Positions 6,915 through 11,592 of a stretch of 11,592 nucleotides of DNA are shown one piece after another. The DNA lies in assembly GCA_041640075.1 (NCBI GenBank), contig JBEQAY010000027.1, positions 2,735 through 14,326 on the forward strand. Direction: 5' to 3'. The notes under the pieces were generated by a model. The model saw only the letters and a list, made by a program, of their open reading frames with translations, did no database searches and was not told where the DNA came from. This DNA comes from Candidatus Nanohaloarchaea archaeon (lineage in GTDB: Archaea > Nanohalarchaeota > Nanosalinia > Nanosalinales > Nanosalinaceae). The position numbers and the translations under genes were made by a program. Position 1 is the first letter of the stretch. Every line of letters starts with the position of its first letter.

Positions 6915-7633
6915 TGGATGCTCATCTAGAAGCTGAAGGAATTGAACACGAAAAAGATGAACTTTACTGGCTTTCCCATGAGTTCGGGAGAGAGTGGGAG
7001 GACGTAAAAGGTCAGGCAGAGAAAGGAAAGATCGGTTCGAAAGATATCTACAGGAAGGAAGTACAGTATGAGAAAGGTAAAATAAACTATGAACTGGCTA
7101 TAGCTTTCTTCGAAAACTTCGAGCCAGAGTACGTGAACATACCGGAAGCGAAGATTGAAGAGAATCAGGAGACCTACCTAGTTACTGAAGGTGTGGAAGG
7201 TAAAGGTTCAGACTTCTCCCGTGAAGAAGCCTACGGATATGCATCTGAGATGACACTTCTGGGGGAAACAGACTGGGATGCCTACCTCAACTTCAAGATG
7301 ACGGATACACCTGTACTTGTCGACTTCGAGTACTTCACAAACTACAGAATAGAAGAAGAACACTACAAACAAAATATCCTGGAACCCTGGTTCAGGAAAC
7401 GTGGCTTCGAATTCGATGAGGGAAGATTCGACCAGGAAATGGAAAGACGTGCAAGAAACCTTCCGGATACAGAAGACGTCATCGAGACACTCAGAGAAGA
7501 AACTCCTCAGATAGTACAGGAAAAAGAGTTCATGGAATCTCAACTCAGCAAGCTGGAGGAAGCACTTGAGAAAGCGAAAAAAGGAGAACTGACTGTAGAG
7601 AAAATCTCAGATGAAATCGCCCCGGCTACATAA
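6914..7633 (+). CDS. HipA/PI3K-like atypical kinase-fold protein, 239 aa
   Basis: beta3 IYRK, alphaC NYELAIAFF, VNIPEAKI, hinge YLVTEGVEG, catalytic loop LLGETDWDAYLNF (compare HipA-type LIGNxDxHxxN) and PVLVDFEY (DFG-like), followed by a helical tail. Confidence 0.65.
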   Translation: MDAHLEAEGIEHEKDELYWLSHEFGREWEDVKGQAEKGKIGSKDIYRKEVQYEKGKINYELAIAFFENFEPEYVNIPEAKIEENQETYLVTEGVEGKGSDFSREEAYGYASEMTLLGETDWDAYLNFKMTDTPVLVDFEYFTNYRIEEEHYKQNILEPWFRKRGFEFDEGRFDQEMERRARNLPDTEDVIETLREETPQIVQEKEFMESQLSKLEEALEKAKKGELTVEKISDEIAPAT

Positions 7634-7642
7634 ACAATTGTC

Positions 7643-7658
7643 CAAGAAAAAGGAGAAG
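7643..7658 (-). terminator. Pyrimidine/T-rich terminator candidate for the surface-protein gene
   Basis: The minus strand has CTTCTCCTTTTTCTTG about 27 nt after the stop at 7685. Confidence 0.35.
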
Positions 7659-7684
7659 TAACCCTGTTTGACTACACATCTGAG

Positions 7685-10600
7685 TCACCAAATCCTGGCC
7701 CCTGGCTGGAACGTTATATTTGAACCCCTGTCGAATCTAAGTGACTGTTTGCTAAGGTTTGTTCCAAGCTTTACATCAGGCGCCATGTTAAGTGACTTAT
7801 TGGACTCCAGCAGCAGGTCCTGTGGCAGGTCATCTGTCTGGTCCATGGTGCATGAGCTGTTCAGCGTCCAGTTCCCTGTGTGTGGTGGGGCGCAGTCAAT
7901 GCTGAACTGGGTGTCAGGTGCTGGTACTTCGCTTCCCAGACCTGTGGAGTCGTTTGCATTGTAGAAGGCTGTGTAAGTCCCTACAAGATCCTCGAGCTTG
8001 TCTTCTGTACCGAATGTTGTGTTCCAGACCTGGCTGACATTCTTGGATGATGTGTTATCAAGATATATCCTTGCGTAATGATTTCTGGTGACATATCTAT
8101 CCTTCAGAGCTGTGCTCCACAGCTTCACTTCGTCTACTGTTCCATTCAAACTCTTGGCACCGTAGTTCCTGCCCAGTACGAACTGTGAACTTGTTCCAGA
8201 GAGTCCTTGCTCAAGTTCCTGGCTCTCAGAGTACCCTACTCTCTGCTGTCCGGCGAAGACCTTTTTTTCTCCGGATGACCTGCTGTAGACTGCGGTAATC
8301 CTTACCCATTCATTTCTAGGGACTGTATAGCCGGTTGTCAGGTTTGAAAGCTCGTCCTGTGCTCCATGTTTCGTCTGGAAGAATAACTCACCTGTATCTG
8401 ATATACCCAGGTTAAGCGAGTTGTTATCGTAGTTGTTGAACAGAGATCCGCCGTAGCCTTCAAGATTTACCCAGCTTGACAGTGTTATCTCATTTGTTGG
8501 GTAATTTCCATCAGGTATCTCGATGAAGCCGTCGTCTCCAAAGCTCATTCCTCTTCTGAACCTTCCTTGGACGTATGTCTGAACCCCGTCTCTAGTTATT
8601 CCATCCTGATTGTTCGGTGATGCATCCTCTACAGCAGAACCAGCCCCGTTTACCTCCTCATCCATCTTGTAGTAGAAGTTCAGTTCACCGGGTTGCACGG
8701 TTTCAGGTCTTACCTCCGCCCACACCCTGTCCAGAGGACCATTCGTGGAGTTAGATGCTGATACATTCGAAATACCTTCCTCATCGTTGTGGATAGAGGT
8801 TTCAGATGGCTGGAACTTGCTTCTTATACTTCCATTTTCAACTACCAGTCTGATGGCGTATTCAGCAGAATCCTGACCATCAATACCGTTGAAGTTTGAA
8901 ATAGAGACATCTATAGTTCTGTTACCAGGTAACTGAGAGATGGTACTCGAAGCATTGAAGAATCCGTTCTGATCTGTAAGAACCTTGTTCCTCCTCATAC
9001 TATCCATCGTAGGGGCTCCTGCAGTCCCATTCGACTCCATAAACCATCCTATATTACCGCTCTCGAAAGTGGTCGTCTGCTCGAACAACCTGGTGTTTAT
9101 CTCCTCTCCACTGCTGCCAAATACCCGGAGAGTGATATTCCCGTTATTCGGCCAGATAGCCTGGATCTTGTACCACTGCGTGCTGAAAGAGTAAGGTTCA
9201 GACTCTATCACAGTCCCGTTCTCTCTTAACTGAAGCTCCTCAGATGTACGGTTAATCAGTGCAGAGTAGCCCTGCTCATCTCCCTGCACGCCAAACGCGA
9301 AGCCTGCAACGTCTCCGTCGGCAGGTAAAGCCCATGCAGATATTGACTGTCCCTGGGAAACCGTGATATCCCCTCTCCATGCAACACCGTTCATAGATCC
9401 ATCATTAGTACCTATACCATAATCCCCATCCAGAGCAGCTGATTCTGTAGCGAAAAGACTCTGAACGTTGTTATACTCGTTCATATTACCATCCTCAAAT
9501 CCTTCGATAAGGTTGGAGGTTCCCTGACCACCAAACAGTACATCTATAGGTTCATAGACAAGAGGCTCGCCTTCAGGAAGCAGCCTGGCCTCCCCATCCA
9601 CGTTCAGAGTCTCTCCACTGTCAATAATATCATCCGACGAAATATTTACTGAGATATTCTTCACCGCAAAGTTACGGTTCTTCTTCCTGTCTCTTAGACT
9701 CCAGTTATAGTTCTCCTCTGAAGGCTGAGCATAAACGGTGAAGTCGTAAATACCTAGAGTATCAGCCGTAACATCTATCTCCCTCTCCCATCTGCTATTG
9801 AAGGTGTTATAACTCATCGAAGCATTGTCAAGGAATAGATCTCCTTCACTGTCTCTAGCCACAACCGTAAGATCATTCTCCAGTTCATCACTGAGGGATT
9901 CACCGTTCCATTTCCTCCTGAAGTCGGCAGTTATATCAAATGCCGAATCATCAACATCCACAGTGTTCTCCGGATCAGTGGTACCGATATCAAGCTCTGT
10001 CAGGTTACCAAGATCTATATCTCCCTGAGCTGTCTCATTCTCCAAGGTAACACCATTAATATCTCTGTTCGAGCCTGCATACACCGTGTAGGTGTAGTTT
10101 CCAGGTCCTTCAGGCCTGAAATCATAATCATAACGTGAAACAGTTGAATTAAAGGACATCGAGGCATTCTGAACCACAACATTATCCGAATCATCCCTGA
10201 CCGTTACTGAAAGATCTGCATCAGTGGAGTTAACCGGTTCACCGCTCCAGATTTTATTGTAATCCGCTCTTACGTGGATCAGAGGTGCATCAAGCTCTGA
10301 AGTCGTACCTATATCCTCCTCTGACACATCCAGCGTGGTGTTTGCCCATACAACAACTCTCTCGGAATCTATGCCTGATATATTTCTGCTGTCAGTGACG
10401 TTAAAGCGTAAATCACGATCACCTACCGGCGGAGATATATTGACTCCAAAGTCTCCTGTCTGATTAGCTATTAGCGGGCGCCTGAACTTGATCAGATCCA
10501 CATACCCGGTGTCGTCTCCCGAGGAAACGGACTGGTCCTTGAAGTACTCCCACCTCAAAGTATGATTTCCAGATGGAACAGAGAAAGTCTCCTTCTGCCA

Positions 10601-11590
10601 AGAAGTAGACCCTCCTATCTCATCCGCCAGGCTTCCGTCCACATAGAACTGAAGGTAATCCCCCAAGCCTTCTGAACTCGCCTTCCATCTGAAACTGATG
10701 TTCTTCGGACCGGTTATGTTTCTCTCGACCCAGGAAGTACTACTATCCCCAATATCACCGGCTCTGAAGGAGTAAGATCCTTCATAGGCCTCAGCAGTCG
10801 TTCTGGACCAGTTTGCATCACCGCCGTAATACCAGCCTCCCCCGGTCCCGGACTCAAAGTCGAAGGTATCCCCAAAGTACCTCTCGCCGTCAGCAAACAG
10901 AGTGGCTCTGGAGCCGTTCGAGGCCAATCCAAGTGGCTGAAGAATAGCCGACCCATTGAAACTTACCGACTCATTGGTGTCAAGATAAGTAACATTTGAA
11001 TCGACATCAACCGAAATATTCCTGGCATCAACAGAAAGACTCCTGCTCAAGTTCTCGTACTCTATACCGAAATCTGTCTCAGTAGTAGTTCCATAGATAT
11101 TAGCCGTGAAGTTCCCGAGCTGACTGAAATCATAGTCATAAGTCCAGATACCTTCGCCGCCGGCATCATAGGCCATAGATGCGTTATCCAGGACTACATC
11201 ATCAGTAGAATTCCTCAACGTGACAAGTACATCCGAACTCTCAGCTGTCCCGGCACCGGAATCAACGAACACGTTCAGAGAGTTAACCTCCCAGCTCTGT
11301 GTGACATCCGTACTGTTTCCTTTGAGGAATACCTCGGCATCCTCAGAATCCGGAACCGACAAACTGTAGTTCTGAAGAGTACCGGTGATCTCAAAGCTAT
11401 CCGTACCCACAACACTACCACCACTGTCAATAGCCCGGAACTCAGCACTCAGTTCAGCCGAAGCAGGAACATCCGCATCAACACCTACACTACTCCAGTT
11501 CTGCTGCGAAGACGTATCAACCCTCTCAGACGAGTAGTTACCCTTGAAGGTCCCATCTGTACCGTCGAAATATAGCTCTTTCACTTCCTG
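7685..11590 (-). CDS. Giant extracellular/surface glycoprotein (5' partial) with Ig-like repeats, jelly-roll lectin-like modules and a LamG/concanavalin domain
   Basis: More than 1300 codons, open to the window edge (CAG GAA GTG...), so GTG 11584 is probably not the true start. Ser/Thr/Asn/Asp-rich with many N-x-S/T sequons. LamG signatures at about 8105-8689: YYKMDE..G..VEDAS, ITLSSWVN, NEWVRITAVY, FVLGR and LNGTVDEVKLWSTAL. Confidence 0.9.
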   Translation of the reverse strand, partial: QEVKELYFDGTDGTFKGNYSSERVDTSSQQNWSSVGVDADVPASAELSAEFRAIDSGGSVVGTDSFEITGTLQNYSLSVPDSEDAEVFLKGNSTDVTQSWEVNSLNVFVDSGAGTAESSDVLVTLRNSTDDVVLDNASMAYDAGGEGIWTYDYDFSQLGNFTANIYGTTTETDFGIEYENLSRSLSVDARNISVDVDSNVTYLDTNESVSFNGSAILQPLGLASNGSRATLFADGERYFGDTFDFESGTGGGWYYGGDANWSRTTAEAYEGSYSFRAGDIGDSSTSWVERNITGPKNISFRWKASSEGLGDYLQFYVDGSLADEIGGSTSWQKETFSVPSGNHTLRWEYFKDQSVSSGDDTGYVDLIKFRRPLIANQTGDFGVNISPPVGDRDLRFNVTDSRNISGIDSERVVVWANTTLDVSEEDIGTTSELDAPLIHVRADYNKIWSGEPVNSTDADLSVTVRDDSDNVVVQNASMSFNSTVSRYDYDFRPEGPGNYTYTVYAGSNRDINGVTLENETAQGDIDLGNLTELDIGTTDPENTVDVDDSAFDITADFRRKWNGESLSDELENDLTVVARDSEGDLFLDNASMSYNTFNSRWEREIDVTADTLGIYDFTVYAQPSEENYNWSLRDRKKNRNFAVKNISVNISSDDIIDSGETLNVDGEARLLPEGEPLVYEPIDVLFGGQGTSNLIEGFEDGNMNEYNNVQSLFATESAALDGDYGIGTNDGSMNGVAWRGDITVSQGQSISAWALPADGDVAGFAFGVQGDEQGYSALINRTSEELQLRENGTVIESEPYSFSTQWYKIQAIWPNNGNITLRVFGSSGEEINTRLFEQTTTFESGNIGWFMESNGTAGAPTMDSMRRNKVLTDQNGFFNASSTISQLPGNRTIDVSISNFNGIDGQDSAEYAIRLVVENGSIRSKFQPSETSIHNDEEGISNVSASNSTNGPLDRVWAEVRPETVQPGELNFYYKMDEEVNGAGSAVEDASPNNQDGITRDGVQTYVQGRFRRGMSFGDDGFIEIPDGNYPTNEITLSSWVNLEGYGGSLFNNYDNNSLNLGISDTGELFFQTKHGAQDELSNLTTGYTVPRNEWVRITAVYSRSSGEKKVFAGQQRVGYSESQELEQGLSGTSSQFVLGRNYGAKSLNGTVDEVKLWSTALKDRYVTRNHYARIYLDNTSSKNVSQVWNTTFGTEDKLEDLVGTYTAFYNANDSTGLGSEVPAPDTQFSIDCAPPHTGNWTLNSSCTMDQTDDLPQDLLLESNKSLNMAPDVKLGTNLSKQSLRFDRGSNITFQPGARIW
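9806..11233 (-). repeat. Three protein-level Ig-like repeats (D-[LV]-x-V-x-x-R...NASM-x-[YF])
   Basis: DVLVTLRNSTDDVVLDNASMAYD (about 11165-11233), DLSVTVRDDSDNVVVQNASMSFN (about 10148-10216) and DLTVVARDSEGDLFLDNASMSYN (about 9806-9874), each followed by G-x-[YF]-x-x-x-[IV]-Y. Confidence 0.75.
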
Positions 11591-11592
11591 AT

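Noticed and set aside
100..10956. Numerous short alternative-frame and antisense ORFs in the track (e.g. 100..345, 1091..1411, 4559..4900, 5424..5837, 7208..7543, 7668..7964)
   Set aside because: Shadow ORFs overlapping well-supported genes, with Ser/Arg/Leu-rich composition expected from frameshifted or antisense acidic codons.
1..11592. CRISPR arrays, tRNA/rRNA genes, IS elements, DGR template/variable repeats
   Set aside because: No regularly spaced direct repeats, cloverleaf, transposase, reverse transcriptase or near-identical DNA repeat pairs were seen.

Overview
Archaeal genomic DNA, most likely from a halophilic DPANN archaeon such as Nanohaloarchaeota. This is inferred from strongly acidic proteins at moderate GC, AGA-rich Arg codons, an archaeal-type ValRS and BRE/TATA promoters about 25 nt before leaderless starts. 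Housekeeping genes are the 3' end of metG (C-terminal tRNA-binding domain), an MBL-fold hydrolase, a calcineurin-like metallophosphoesterase and valS. They are interleaved with orphan genes: two divergent protein-kinase-like ORFs (one with a HipA/PI3K-like GxxD..N + VDF signature directly after valS), two unknown acidic proteins and an unannotated 39-aa ORF. Three orphan promoters carry related TGTYAY...ATWACA palindromes between the TATA box and the start codon. The window ends with the C-terminal ~1300 aa of a giant surface protein in which different lectin-like jelly-roll modules appear inserted into repeated Ig-like domains. Several ORF-track starts are too far upstream and are corrected here. 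All family calls come from motif reading by eye, not database searches.
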